Positions 44,512 to 55,163 of a stretch of DNA of 64,000 nucleotides are shown here, one piece after another; the stretch's first letter is position 1; every line of letters starts with the position of its first letter. The stretch lies in contig JBBFKW010000005.1 in NCBI GenBank assembly GCA_037481835.1, forward strand, positions 128,001-192,000, in the 5' to 3' direction. The notes under the pieces were generated by a model. The model was not told the origin of the DNA. It worked only from the letters and a program-made list of their open reading frames with translations, and ran no database searches. The position numbers were made by a program, and so were the translations under genes. Origin of the DNA: Desulfosoma sp. Its GTDB lineage: Bacteria; Desulfobacterota; Syntrophobacteria; Syntrophobacterales; DSM-9756.

Positions 44512-44979
44512 CTATTCTCGGCCTCCCCGATAGCTCACCTTTTCCAGCGGCAGGGGGCGACACCCTTCGGGGAGCGTTCCTGTTTCCACCACCACGTCGA
44601 TGGTAATGCCGCCGCGGGCGTACCACAGTCCCACGACGCGCAGGTACTTGGGATCCATGGCTTGGTGCAGGCGTTTGTGAATGGTCACCGTGCACGCTTC
44701 GTGGAACGCCCCGTAGTTGCGAAAGCTTCCGAGGAAAAGTTTGTACGACTTGCTTTCCACAAGCCTTTGTCGCGGCACGTAGTCCACAACGATGACGGCG
44801 AAATCGGGCTGTCCCGTGATGGGGCACAGCGACGTGAATTCCGGGGCCGTGAGGCGCACCACATAGTCCACATCGGGATGGGGATTGGGAAAGGTTTCCA
44901 AGACGGCCTCGTCCGGACGGCTGGGAAGAGGTGCGGGGCGTCCCAGAAGGGTCAGTCGATCCTGATCGTCGTGCGGCAT
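44512..44979 (-). CDS. queF: PreQ0 reductase
   Basis: [27 protein letters not shown]. Confidence 0.95.
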   Translation of the reverse strand: MPHDDQDRLTLLGRPAPLPSRPDEAVLETFPNPHPDVDYVVRLTAPEFTSLCPITGQPDFAVIVVDYVPRQRLVESKSYKLFLGSFRNYGAFHEACTVTIHKRLHQAMDPKYLRVVGLWYARGGITIDVVVETGTLPEGCRPLPLEKVSYRGGRE

Positions 44980-45054
44980 GGGCGGATTGTCCTTCGAGGC
45001 CGAGCCAGAGGCGGACCTTGCTCTGCGAACCCCGGCTCCTTATCCGGAAAGGCT

Positions 45055-45768
45055 TCAGCGCAGAAGGCGCTTGATCTGGTTGTGATGCTTGCGGAACACG
45101 TCCTCGGCCAGCCGCCCCAGGTCGTCTTGGATCAACGCCGGTGCGGGAAGGTCCAGGGGCGGCGGTAGTTGGAATCGCTCCACCTTCATGGGGTGGATGT
45201 AGAGCTTCTTTTCGACGGACATGATCTCTTCCGCCGTGAAATTGCTTCCCAAGAAGTGCTTGTGTTCCAAACCGCACACATCCAGGCTCTTGAGAAAATT
45301 GAGGATGGTCAGCAGATCGAAGTTGCTCTGGAAGGCCTGGATATTCATGTTGAGGGCCCGCACTTCCAGTTCCAGGTCATGGACGGCATCCTTGTATTTG
45401 GCCATCCAGGTGAGTAGCCGGTTGTAAGATTCCAAGACAAGCTTTCGGAACTTGCCCTTGTGGGTCAACGCGGTGACCTTGATGAAACGAACCCCTCGGG
45501 CGAAAGGCTTTTCCAAGCATTCGCGCCAGAAGGACGATTCAGGGATCTGCAGCAGGCCGATGAGGCGCCCCAGCATTTCCGCATCCATCATCAAGTACCC
45601 GAGCCGCGTGAAACGTTTGCCCACCTCTTGGGCCAGCGCGCGCACGGCTTCCGCCCTGGCCTCCACGTCCTCCGTTTCCAATTCGATAAGACGCCTCTGG
45701 GTCAGGTAGTTTTCGAGGACTTCTTCTTTGACCTGCCGAGTGAGGCACGTGATGAGGTCGTCTTCCAC
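45055..45768 (-). CDS. Hypothetical coiled-coil protein
   Basis: GGAGG RBS before GTG 45768; typical codon usage. Confidence 0.75.
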   Translation of the reverse strand: MEDDLITCLTRQVKEEVLENYLTQRRLIELETEDVEARAEAVRALAQEVGKRFTRLGYLMMDAEMLGRLIGLLQIPESSFWRECLEKPFARGVRFIKVTALTHKGKFRKLVLESYNRLLTWMAKYKDAVHDLELEVRALNMNIQAFQSNFDLLTILNFLKSLDVCGLEHKHFLGSNFTAEEIMSVEKKLYIHPMKVERFQLPPPLDLPAPALIQDDLGRLAEDVFRKHHNQIKRLLR

Positions 45769-45870
45769 AACGTCACCTCCCGGGAACCCCTTCTCCCTCA
45801 CCGACTTTAAGGCCCGGGTTCGAAGACCGGCGGCAAGAAAGGGGTGGGGTTCGGCGGCGTTCCGTCGGGT

Positions 45871-46608
45871 TCAAGAGAGGCCCTGGGCTCTCACCGCTTC
45901 GTGCGCGTGCGCCAAGAGAAACGTTCTGGGGTTGAGAACCAGCGCCGCATGGTCCGGTTTGTATCGATCGCCGTGTTTCAGAATCACCATGGAAATGGTC
46001 TGAGCCAGCGGTTCCAGTAGGATGATGGCGTGAAAGAGATCGTCCAGTTCATGGCAGGGATAGGGGATTCCGTGATCGTTGGCGATGTCGATGTGACGAT
46101 GAATGCGGCAGGAAAACCACACGGAAGCGCCGTGAGTTTCCGCGGTCTTTTGAATGGCTTCCAACTGCTTTCGCGACACCCGTTCAAAGTCCAACCCGTC
46201 CAGGATGATGACGGTGGGTTCGAACTGCACCTGATCCCGCAGGCTCCGGATGTTCTCTTCCAGCTTGGCGGGCGTGAAGGTGTGGTGCAGGTAGGACATG
46301 ATGAACCGAGAACTCACCATACCGTCTTTGATGGTTTTCAAAAGGGCCTCATCGGCGATGGCGGTCTTGAAGTTCCGGTACAGTTCCTCATACCAGATCT
46401 TGATTTTATCGGGCAGTTCGTCGATGCACGTGTGGAGGACCTTTTCCCCTTGGGCGAGGGCCTCCAGGGCGATGTGGGTGAGGCATGCGGTCTTGCCGAC
46501 CCCTGCGCGGGCGAGGAGCACGCCCATCTCGCCGGGGCGGAGGGGTTGTCCCAGGCAGGACCGGACAAGGGTTGCTGGAAAAGGTGTGGACCCGTCGAAA
46601 GATGCCAT
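45871..46608 (-). CDS. RecA/KaiC-like P-loop protein
   Basis: ARAGVGKT Walker A, IILDG Walker B-like. Confidence 0.8.
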   Translation of the reverse strand: MASFDGSTPFPATLVRSCLGQPLRPGEMGVLLARAGVGKTACLTHIALEALAQGEKVLHTCIDELPDKIKIWYEELYRNFKTAIADEALLKTIKDGMVSSRFIMSYLHHTFTPAKLEENIRSLRDQVQFEPTVIILDGLDFERVSRKQLEAIQKTAETHGASVWFSCRIHRHIDIANDHGIPYPCHELDDLFHAIILLEPLAQTISMVILKHGDRYKPDHAALVLNPRTFLLAHAHEAVRAQGLS

Positions 46609-46737
46609 GAAAAACTCTCCTTTAAGGAAGTCCAAGGCGGGTGAACGATCTCATCCATGCCAAGGGCTCATGCCGCTGTATGATACACCACAACCCGTTG
46701 CGAAGGGTAGCGGAGAAAGCCGCTCGGTTGATCGGCC

Positions 46738-48807
46738 TCATTCCTCTTTTTTCCTTCGGATCACCTCTTCGGCGATGCCTTTGGGCACGGGGTTGTAGCG
46801 GGCGAACTCCATGGTGAATTCCGCCTTACCCTGGGTTGCCGACCTGAGCACCGTGGAATAGCCGAACATCTCGGACAGGGGCACTTCCGCTTCGATGCTG
46901 GAAAAAGAGCCGTCTTCCGCGGTGCTGATGATGATGCCGCGGCGCTGGTTCAAGGTGCCCAAAACCGCGCCCTGGAACTCGGATGGCGTTTCGACGACGA
47001 CGCGCATGAGGGGTTCCATGAGCTGCGGTTTGGCTTTTTCGTATGCCTGGCGGAAGGCGCCGATGGCGGCCTGCTGGAACGCCAGATCGGAGGAGTCCAC
47101 AGGGTGGGTGTTGCCGTCGTGGATGGTGACGCGCACACCCGTGATGGGAAATCCTCCAAGGGACCCCTTTTTGAGGCAGGCGCGGAAGCCCTTGTCGCAC
47201 GAAGGGATGAACTCCTGGGGAATGACGCCGCCGGTGATCCGGTTGACGAATTCGTAGTCCCCTTCGGCAAGCGGTTCGATGAAGCCGGCCACGCGGCCGT
47301 ATTGGCCCGCCCCGCCGGTTTGTTTCTTGTGGGTGTAGTCGAAATCGGCCCTCTGGGTGATGGTTTCCCGGTAGGCCACTTTGGGCTGTCCCGTGGACAC
47401 TTCAGCGCCGTATTCCCGCCGCATGCGTTCCACGTAGACATCCAAGTGCAGTTCCCCCATGCCGCAAATGATGGTCTCTCCCGTCTCTTCATCGAGAAAA
47501 GACCGAAACGTGGGATCTTCCTTGGTGAAGCGCGTCAGGGCCTTGCTCAGGTTCATCTCCGCCTTTTTGTCCTTGGGTTTGATCGCCAAGGAAATCACGG
47601 GCTCCGGCACATAAATGGATGTCATGGTCAGGCGGCGGCTTCCGTCGGTGAAGGTATCCCCCGAGGCGCAGTCGATTCCGAAGAGAGCCACGATATCGCC
47701 TGCAGCGGCCGCTTCGATGTCTTCCATCTCGTCGGCGTGCATGCGACCGAGACGCCCCACTTTGGACACCTTGCCGGTACGGGTGTTGACGATGGTGGAT
47801 CCCTTCTGGATGGATCCCTGGTACAACCGCACGTAGGTCAACTGCCCGTAACGGGTCACTTCCAGCTTGAAGGCCAACATGACCAGGGGCAGATCGGGGC
47901 TGGACTTCAGAGGGACTTCTTCGTTGTCCCGGTCGGCGTCCAAGGCGATGTTCACCACATCGGCCGGGCTGGGAAGATACCGGAGCACGGCGTCCAACAG
48001 GGGCTGGACCCCCTTGTTCTTGTAGGCGGATCCCATCAAGACGGGGGTGATCCGAAGATCCAGAGTCGCCCGCCGGACGGCCTCATGGATGAGGTCCTCC
48101 GTGACGGTCTCTTCCAAAATCGCCTCGGTGAGCTCATCGGAAAAGAGAGACAGCGTATCGAGCATTTCTTCGCGCTTTTGGAGGGCCAAGGCCTGGAGGT
48201 CCTGAGGGATTTCGTGCTCCAGGACCTCTTCGCCGTTGGGCCCTTCAAAGGTCAAGGCTTTCATGCGGATCAAGTCCACAACGCCTTCATGGGAGGCTTC
48301 CAGCCCCAGGGGGATTTGAAGGAGCACGGGGACATGGTTGAGTTTTTCTCGGAGTTGGTCGGCCACCTTGAGGGGATTGGCCCCGGCGCGGTCGCACTTG
48401 TTGACGAAGGCGATGCGCGGCACGTTGTAGCGCTTCATTTGCCGATCCACGGTCACCGACTGGCTCTGCACGCCGCCCACACCGCAGAGCACCAGAATGG
48501 CCCCGTCCAGGACCCTCAGCGATCGCTCCACTTCGATGGTGAAGTCCACGTGGCCGGGTGTATCGATGATGTTGATGGCATGGCCCTTCCAGGTGCAGTG
48601 GGTCGCGGCGGATTGGATGGTGATGCCGCGTTCCTTTTCCAGTTCCATGGAATCCATGGTGGCGCCCACGCCGTCTTTGCCTTTGACCTCGTGAATGGCG
48701 TGAATCTTTCTCGTGTAAAAAAGGATGCGCTCGGTAAGAGTGGTCTTTCCCGAATCGATGTGAGCGCTGATGCCGATGTTTCTTAAAGTGGTCAGGTCCT
48801 TGATCAT
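46738..48807 (-). CDS. fusA: Elongation factor G (stand-alone, spdEFG1-like)
   Basis: [47 protein letters not shown]. Confidence 0.95.
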   Translation of the reverse strand: MIKDLTTLRNIGISAHIDSGKTTLTERILFYTRKIHAIHEVKGKDGVGATMDSMELEKERGITIQSAATHCTWKGHAINIIDTPGHVDFTIEVERSLRVLDGAILVLCGVGGVQSQSVTVDRQMKRYNVPRIAFVNKCDRAGANPLKVADQLREKLNHVPVLLQIPLGLEASHEGVVDLIRMKALTFEGPNGEEVLEHEIPQDLQALALQKREEMLDTLSLFSDELTEAILEETVTEDLIHEAVRRATLDLRITPVLMGSAYKNKGVQPLLDAVLRYLPSPADVVNIALDADRDNEEVPLKSSPDLPLVMLAFKLEVTRYGQLTYVRLYQGSIQKGSTIVNTRTGKVSKVGRLGRMHADEMEDIEAAAAGDIVALFGIDCASGDTFTDGSRRLTMTSIYVPEPVISLAIKPKDKKAEMNLSKALTRFTKEDPTFRSFLDEETGETIICGMGELHLDVYVERMRREYGAEVSTGQPKVAYRETITQRADFDYTHKKQTGGAGQYGRVAGFIEPLAEGDYEFVNRITGGVIPQEFIPSCDKGFRACLKKGSLGGFPITGVRVTIHDGNTHPVDSSDLAFQQAAIGAFRQAYEKAKPQLMEPLMRVVVETPSEFQGAVLGTLNQRRGIIISTAEDGSFSSIEAEVPLSEMFGYSTVLRSATQGKAEFTMEFARYNPVPKGIAEEVIRRKKEE

Positions 48808-48941
48808 AAATCGTCTCCACACAGGCCGCAGAAAAGTTTCCCGCCCCGAAGAAAAGAAAAACGGGCACTTTGACGCCGTGCCCGTCGGGGGAAACCGTCG
48901 TTATCAAAAATCAGGCCGAAAGGGAAGAAAAAAGTATGGCC

Positions 48942-50735
48942 TCAGGAGTTCTCGGGGATCTTCAGCCGCACCCCCGGTTTAATCTCTTTGGAATTGTTCA
49001 ACTTGTTCATCGTCAGGATCTTTTGCACATCCACGTTGTATTTTTTGGAGATGGCCCAAAGGCTTTCGCCGGGGGCCACAGTGTGGACGGTGGGTTCATT
49101 TTTCCGCGGCTCAGACCCCTTGGAAGAAGCGCTCCTTGGTGTTTCCGTCTTCTTCGTGTCCTTGGGTGAAGGAAGGGGCGATCTCCCCGCCGCCTGGCTT
49201 TTCAGACGAGTCCCGGGGCTACTGGACGGCTTTTGAGCGTCCTTGTTGTCTTGGGGCGAAGCCTTGGTTTGTTGAACGGGTTTGGAGACCATTATGGAGG
49301 ACCCCACCCGGATGGCGCTCTTCGGGGAAAGCTTGTTCCATTCGCGCAGATCATCCGGGCTGACCCTGTATTTTTGGGCGATGGAAAAGAGGGTGTCTCC
49401 CTTTTTAACCACATGAAGGGAAGGTGTTTGTTTGAGGGCTTTCGGCGTCGGCGGCGCCATGTCCTGTGCCGCGGTGTTGTCCTGGCGCCGTGAACCCTTC
49501 TCCTGTCTATCCGGGGCGCCGTCCTTGAAAACGTAGCCCACGACGAGCTTGGATCCAACCTTCAAGGGCTTATTGGGTGAAAGGCTGTTCATGCGGCACA
49601 GTTCCGAGGCGGACAGGCCGTAAGCCCGGGCGACGGATGCCGGGGTTTCGCCGCGTCGTACCGTGTGCGTCTTCTCCGCTTTCTGCCTGGGTTCGGTGCG
49701 CGCCCATGAACTCACGTCCACGGGAGGGAGATAGCCCACGGACGCCACCTGAATAGGCTCAGGGGGAAGGATGCTGCGTGGCCTGAGGCTTTCCGCCAGG
49801 TGTACGGGTTCAACCTCGAAGGCCCGCCGATAATAGACCAGCGGAGTTCCGGGGGTGAGGGGCATGTTGGGGTTGAGGTGGTTCCAGCGGACAAGGTCCT
49901 CGACCCGCACGCCGAAACTGCGGGCCAAGGCGGCGATGTCCGTTTGACGCTTGTCCACGTAATAGAGCACCTTTTTAGGGAGGAAACCCGCTTGAGCCAG
50001 TTCGATGAGGGCTTTTTTCTCCGGATCCAGGGAATCCATCTGCCCCGCCAGGGACGACCAGGGAGCGTAGAACCGAACGTGAATGTGATCGTTGTGCCGC
50101 GGTTCGTGGCGGATGGCCGCGTCGGTGGATCCCGGTCCCACGTCGTTGAACAATCGGTTCAAAAGGTCCTCGTCGAACCCCCGGGACAGGGCGTATTCGA
50201 AAAGCATTCTTTGGATTTTGCGATCGACGAAAAGATACTGGACGCGCCCCGTGCGGATGAGAGCCTCGATGAGGGACCAAGTCTTGGGCACATCCAGATT
50301 GCCCGCGTGCATGGGGATGAACTGGTCCAACGGCTGATTGCCGATGGCATACATCCCCAGATCCACATCGCGGCCGTTTTGGTGAGATTTATGACCGTTG
50401 AGGCGTCCGCCGCCGGGGGCCGAAAAATCTCCGATGAAAAGATCCACCGTGTTGGGATACTTTTCCCGCACCGAGTCGATGGCGTCCAAGAGACTGCCGA
50501 TCAACTCGGGTGTGGCGTAGGCCCGGTCCGGGTCACGGACGATGTAGCCTCCCATGTCGGTCGGAAACGGGACGCCGTTGACGAGGCGACCGCGGTAGGG
50601 TTCTCCGATGGAAAGGGTCAGAGCGTGGGTCGAAGGGGTCCAGGCGAGGCAGGTACACAGGGTCGCCACGGTTCCAAATAAGCTCAAAAACCGATGCCGG
50701 CGCGCCTTGAAAAGGTGTGGGCCGGCGGACCTCAT
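48942..50735 (-). CDS. MepA-like murein endopeptidase with multiple LysM domains
   Basis: GHKSHQNGRDVD, HNDHIHVR; LysM repeats (HTVRRGET, HVVKKGDTL, HTVAPGESL); start uncertain. Confidence 0.85.
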   Translation of the reverse strand: MRSAGPHLFKARRHRFLSLFGTVATLCTCLAWTPSTHALTLSIGEPYRGRLVNGVPFPTDMGGYIVRDPDRAYATPELIGSLLDAIDSVREKYPNTVDLFIGDFSAPGGGRLNGHKSHQNGRDVDLGMYAIGNQPLDQFIPMHAGNLDVPKTWSLIEALIRTGRVQYLFVDRKIQRMLFEYALSRGFDEDLLNRLFNDVGPGSTDAAIRHEPRHNDHIHVRFYAPWSSLAGQMDSLDPEKKALIELAQAGFLPKKVLYYVDKRQTDIAALARSFGVRVEDLVRWNHLNPNMPLTPGTPLVYYRRAFEVEPVHLAESLRPRSILPPEPIQVASVGYLPPVDVSSWARTEPRQKAEKTHTVRRGETPASVARAYGLSASELCRMNSLSPNKPLKVGSKLVVGYVFKDGAPDRQEKGSRRQDNTAAQDMAPPTPKALKQTPSLHVVKKGDTLFSIAQKYRVSPDDLREWNKLSPKSAIRVGSSIMVSKPVQQTKASPQDNKDAQKPSSSPGTRLKSQAAGRSPLPSPKDTKKTETPRSASSKGSEPRKNEPTVHTVAPGESLWAISKKYNVDVQKILTMNKLNNSKEIKPGVRLKIPENS

Positions 50736-51059
50736 GCCGCAACCGGATAAATGGGCCGACCGTTCCAGGATGTCCCTCCTTCGCTCGGGGTTTACCTTTA
50801 TACGCGTCGAGTAACCTCTTATCGTATGGCGGCATACTTCACCGCCACGGTGAAACCTCGATGGGCGCACCTCCCCATGGAACATCCTGCGGCGCGCCAA
50901 ACATCGTGAAAACTAGTCCTAAGTAAAGGAGGAAAAAAGATCTGTCAAAGGAAAAATGCAAGTTCGCTCAATGACATGGAAAAAGTAAGATCACGCTAAC
51001 TTGCGAAGGCGCCGCGGCACCTTTGATTTTTCTCAGGTCGTTATGGGAGGATCGTCCAT

Positions 51060-51317
51060 TCAGGAGGGGTTCTCCGAGCGGGTTCCAGCGTTTAAGCTTT
51101 CAAACAGGGCGATTTGTTCGGCGAAGCTGCGTTTGGGCGCCCGAGAAGGGGTCCCGCGGCAGGCATGGCATCGGGCGTGCGAACACTGCTGGCAAAAATG
51201 GCAGTCGGGACAGGGGTTTTTCTTGGGCCGGTCGTCGGCAAGCGACGGCTGGTAGACTTGAGGCAATCCGCACCGAGGAGCGAACACGGGAGTGTCATGG
51301 CTGCCTTTTCCGGACAC
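51060..51317 (-). CDS. Small Cys-rich protein
   Basis: CPDCHFCQQCSHARCHAC; purine-rich RBS before GTG 51317. Confidence 0.6.
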   Translation of the reverse strand: MSGKGSHDTPVFAPRCGLPQVYQPSLADDRPKKNPCPDCHFCQQCSHARCHACRGTPSRAPKRSFAEQIALFESLNAGTRSENPS

Positions 51318-51408
51318 GGTCGTCCCCTTTCCTTGAGGTTGTTTCTTGGGCTTCCATAGAGTAAGCAGGCCGCGTTTGGGAGGCAAGAGCGGGAAAGGAG
51401 AGGCCCCG

Positions 51409-51912
51409 GTGGAAGCGCCGTGGGATCATGACTATTTCATGGGCCTGAGCCTGGAAGAAGCGGACCGGGCCGCCGAACGGGGCGAAGTGCCGGTGGGCGC
51501 CGTCTTGGTGGGACGGGACGGGACCGTGTGGGCCCGGGCCCACAACCTGACGCTCACCCATCGGGACCCGACAGCCCATGCGGAGATGGTGGCCGTGAGG
51601 CGCGCTGCGGCGCTCCTTCGCAACCATCGGCTTTCCGGCACGGTCCTTTACGTGACGCTGGAGCCCTGCCCCATGTGCGTGGGGGCTTTGATCCAGGCCC
51701 GGGTGGATCTTTTGGTCTTCGGGGCGCCGGACCCCAAGAGCGGCGCAGCGGGCGGCGTTGTGGACTTGACAAAGCCGAGGCGTTTCCCCCATACTCTCGA
51801 AGTTCTGGGCGGGGTTCGCGCCGAGGAAGGCGCGCAACGGCTCGCCCGGTTTTTTCAGCAGCGGCGGGGGTGCCCTCGCCGCCTGCGCGGAGAGGTACCG
51901 AAGTGGCCGTAA
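51409..51912 (+). CDS. tadA: tRNA adenosine(34) deaminase
   Basis: GEVPVGAV, DPTAHAE, TLEPCPMC, DPKSGA. Confidence 0.94.
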   Translation: MEAPWDHDYFMGLSLEEADRAAERGEVPVGAVLVGRDGTVWARAHNLTLTHRDPTAHAEMVAVRRAAALLRNHRLSGTVLYVTLEPCPMCVGALIQARVDLLVFGAPDPKSGAAGGVVDLTKPRRFPHTLEVLGGVRAEEGAQRLARFFQQRRGCPRRLRGEVPKWP

Positions 51913-51984
51913 CGGGGTCGACTCGAAATCGACTTGTCCTGTGAAGAGCAGGGCACGTGGGTTCGAATCCCACCCTCTCCGCCA
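51889..51984 (+). tRNA. tRNA-Ser(CGA)
   Basis: GGAGAGG acceptor stem, GTCGA-CT-CGA-AA-TCGAC, long variable arm, GTTCGAATC, GCCA end. Confidence 0.95.
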
Positions 51985-52032
51985 CCTGGACCTTAAGAGC
52001 GATCTTTGCCATCGTCAGAAGCGTTGCGCTGC

Positions 52033-52126
52033 GGAGAGATGCCCGAGCTGGCCGAAGGGGCACGACTGGAAATCGTGTGTTCCGTCAAAAGCGGAACCGA
52101 GGGTTCGAATCCCTCTCTCTCCGCCA
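52033..52126 (+). tRNA. tRNA-Ser(GGA)
   Basis: GGAGAGA acceptor stem, CACGA-CT-GGA-AA-TCGTG, long variable arm, GCCA end. Confidence 0.95.
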
Positions 52127-52162
52127 CTTTTTTGCTCCCAAACCCATACCCCCGACCTCCCC

Positions 52163-54031
52163 ATGTCCTATCTGGTCCTCGCCCGCAAATGGCGGCCTCA
52201 AACCTTTGAGGAAGTAATCGGGCAGCCCCATGTGACCCGAACCCTCAAAAACGCGGTGAAATCGGGCCGGATCGCCCACGCCTACCTCTTTACCGGGGCG
52301 CGGGGCGTGGGCAAAACTTCCGTGGCGCGCATCCTGGCCAAGGCTTTGAACTGCGAAAAGGGGGTCTCCCCCGTTCCGTGCAACCAGTGCTCCAACTGCG
52401 TGGAAATCGGCCAAGGCAAGGCCGTCGATGTTTTGGAAATCGACGGGGCCAGCAACCGCGGCATCGACAGCATTCGGGAACTGCGGGAGACGGTGCGGTA
52501 TCGGCCGGCCAAGAGCGCTTACAAGATCTACATCATCGACGAAGTGCACATGTTGACCACGGAGGCCTTCAACGCCCTTCTGAAAACGTTGGAGGAACCC
52601 CCCGCTCACGTCGTCTTCATCTTTGCCACCACGGAGCCCCACAAGATTCCGGCGACCATTTTGAGCCGCTGCCAGCGTTACGACTTTCGTCGGATCGCCA
52701 CGGCCGAAATCCTGGAACACCTTGTACGGATCGCGCACCAGGAAGAAGCGCCTTTGTCGGAATCGCTGCTCTATGCGGTGGCCCGCGAAGCCGACGGAAG
52801 CATGCGGGATGCCCAGAGCCTCATGGAGCAGCTTCTGGCCTTGCGGGGTGAAGATCAAGAGGATGCCGAACTCTTGGATCTGCTGGGCGTGGTGGACCGC
52901 GAAAGCGTCCTGCAGGCCGCCGAAGCCGTCATCCATGCCGACCCGGCGGCGTGCCTCGATGTAGTGGAACGGATCTATCGGCGGGGGATCGACGGCCGGA
53001 GGTTCTGCCAGCGGCTGTGCGAGCTTTTCAGGGACCTGCTGGTGATCACTTTCCGAAAGGAGGGCTCCGCCGGGGCGGCGCAGATGCCGGCTGGGGAACA
53101 CGAGCGGTTGCGGCGCCTGGCCGGCCGCACCACGGCGGAAAACCTCTTCCAATGTTTCCAAATCCTGGTTTCCGGAGAAGAGGACATCCGGAGAGCGTCC
53201 TTGCCGCGCGTCACCCTGGAGATGCTGCTCCTTCGGCTGGCCTGTCTTCCTCGGGCCGAAGCCCTGGAAAAGATCCTGGAAAGGCTGGAAAGATACGACT
53301 TTTCCCATGATCCGGCACTGCCCCACCGTTCGAGCCCTTGGTCGGATTCCAAGAAAAGCCTCCCTGAAGGTTCGGGGAGCGAAGGGGTCGAAGAGATATC
53401 GAAAACCGACGCCTCCCATTCCGCCATGCCCGCGGAAAAGGGTTTGGTAGGCCGGGTGTTGAACCTCAGGGACGAAAGCCCGATTACCGGAAGCGAGGCG
53501 GTGGCGGCCGAAGGTTTCTCGGGCCAAGGACCCGGCGAAGATGCCGGTGCCGGAGGGCCCGGGGAAGAGCCTTCGGCGGAACCGATGGCGGAGGTCACGG
53601 CGGAAGAGATCGTTCGGCACTGGGACGCTTTTTGCCAATGGCTCAACCAAACCCATCCCGTGGTCGGGGCCAAGTTGCATCAGAGTGCAGCGAAGGCGTC
53701 TTCGCCGGGTGTGCTGACGGTGGAGGTCTTGGAAATTTACGAAGAAAGCGTCAAGAACGGGGATACGGAAGAGACGCTTCGGACTTATCTTGCCCGATAT
53801 TTCCATGGGAAAAAGCCCGGGTGTGGGATAAGCTTCCGCGCGCGAAAACCCGAACCCAAGGAACGAGGTCGATCCCACAAGGACAGCGCCCGCGCGACGG
53901 CCGCTGTCCTGCGCCACCCGGTGGTGCAGCAGGCTTTGGAAATCCTAGGGGGAGAACTGGTGGAAATCCGCCCCGTACGGCCCGCAAAGCCCTCCAAACG
54001 GACGGCGGGCGAGGCCGACAAAACCTCATGA
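52163..54031 (+). CDS. dnaX: DNA polymerase III gamma/tau
   Basis: MSYLVLARKWRP, GARGVGKT, DEVHML, SRC. Confidence 0.96.
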   Translation: MSYLVLARKWRPQTFEEVIGQPHVTRTLKNAVKSGRIAHAYLFTGARGVGKTSVARILAKALNCEKGVSPVPCNQCSNCVEIGQGKAVDVLEIDGASNRGIDSIRELRETVRYRPAKSAYKIYIIDEVHMLTTEAFNALLKTLEEPPAHVVFIFATTEPHKIPATILSRCQRYDFRRIATAEILEHLVRIAHQEEAPLSESLLYAVAREADGSMRDAQSLMEQLLALRGEDQEDAELLDLLGVVDRESVLQAAEAVIHADPAACLDVVERIYRRGIDGRRFCQRLCELFRDLLVITFRKEGSAGAAQMPAGEHERLRRLAGRTTAENLFQCFQILVSGEEDIRRASLPRVTLEMLLLRLACLPRAEALEKILERLERYDFSHDPALPHRSSPWSDSKKSLPEGSGSEGVEEISKTDASHSAMPAEKGLVGRVLNLRDESPITGSEAVAAEGFSGQGPGEDAGAGGPGEEPSAEPMAEVTAEEIVRHWDAFCQWLNQTHPVVGAKLHQSAAKASSPGVLTVEVLEIYEESVKNGDTEETLRTYLARYFHGKKPGCGISFRARKPEPKERGRSHKDSARATAAVLRHPVVQQALEILGGELVEIRPVRPAKPSKRTAGEADKTS

Positions 54032-54047
54032 GGAGGCGACACGGACG

Positions 54048-54374
54048 ATGAAAGGATTCAATCCGCTCCAGCAGCTCAAGACTTTTCAAAAACGATTGGC
54101 CCAAGTGCAAGAAGAACTGGCCCAGCGCACGGTGGAAGCCTCCGCGGGGGGCGGCATGGTGACGGCGACGGCCAACGGCCGTCAGGAAATTGTGAAGATC
54201 ACCATCGACCGCCAGGTGGTGGACCCCGACGACGTGGAGATGTTGGAAGACTTGGTCACGGCCGCCGTCAACGAGGCTCTCAAGCGATCGCAGCAGATGA
54301 TGGCCGAAGAAATCGGCAAACTGGCGGGCGGGGTCAATCTGCCGCCGGGCTTGAACATCCCGGGCCTTTTCTAG
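54048..54374 (+). CDS. ebfC: YbaB/EbfC nucleoid-associated protein
   Basis: ASAGGGMV, DVEMLEDLV; dnaX-ybaB-recR synteny. Confidence 0.93.
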   Translation: MKGFNPLQQLKTFQKRLAQVQEELAQRTVEASAGGGMVTATANGRQEIVKITIDRQVVDPDDVEMLEDLVTAAVNEALKRSQQMMAEEIGKLAGGVNLPPGLNIPGLF

Positions 54375-54390
54375 GAAAGGACGGGCTTTC

Positions 54391-54999
54391 ATGGTGACCA
54401 AAGCCCATCCTCCCGTTTTGAGGGAGCTCGTGCAAAGGCTGGCCAAGCTTCCGGGGATCGGGGAAAAGAGCGCCACGCGGCTGGCCATGTTCCTTTTGAA
54501 AGCCCCGGAAGAGTATGTGGAAGGCCTGGCGCAAAACCTGGTGCGCCTGAAAAAGGACATCCACACGTGTCCCGTGTGCTTTCATTTCACCGACGGGGCC
54601 TTGTGTTCCATCTGCGCGGATCCGGCTCGAAAGACCGGGGAGGTGTGCGTGGTGGAAACCAGCGCCGATCTTTTGGCCATCGAGGAATCCGGGGCCTTCA
54701 AGGGGCGCTACCATGTCCTGCAGGGGGCCTTGGCCCCTCTGGACGGGATCGGCCCGGACGACCTGCGCATTGCCGAATTGCTCCGCCGTTTGGAACAGGA
54801 AGACATCCGGGAGGTGATCCTGGCCACGAACCCCACGGGAGAAGGGGAGGCCACGGCCCATTATCTCGCCAGGCTCCTGGAAAAAAGGCCCGTTCGGGTG
54901 ACGCGCATCGCCTCGGGAATTCCCATGGGCGGCGACGTCAAGTATGCGGACAAGGTGACCTTGGAAAGGGCCCTCCAGGGCCGCCGAAACGTGCAATAA
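54391..54999 (+). CDS. recR: Recombination protein RecR
   Basis: LPGIGEKSA, CxxC..CxxC, ATNPTGEGEATA. Confidence 0.96.
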   Translation: MVTKAHPPVLRELVQRLAKLPGIGEKSATRLAMFLLKAPEEYVEGLAQNLVRLKKDIHTCPVCFHFTDGALCSICADPARKTGEVCVVETSADLLAIEESGAFKGRYHVLQGALAPLDGIGPDDLRIAELLRRLEQEDIREVILATNPTGEGEATAHYLARLLEKRPVRVTRIASGIPMGGDVKYADKVTLERALQGRRNVQ

Positions 55000-55163
55000 G
55001 GCACAAAATGGCTTGACCCTCGACGGGCGGCGTCGTTATATACCCCTGAGTTGACGTGGGTCACACGGGGACGGGGACACATCCATTGTGCCGCATCCTC
55101 CTTTTCCCCACAAAACCTTGCCGCGCCAGCGGTCCTGCCCTGAACCTGTAGAGACGACGGAGT

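Noticed and set aside
52127..52162. SRP RNA (ffs), often found before dnaX
   Set aside because: Only 36 bp available; no SRP motif
53806..53816. dnaX -1 frameshift site (GGG AAA AAG)
   Set aside because: Not the A AAA AAG heptamer, late in the gene, and no convincing stimulatory element seen
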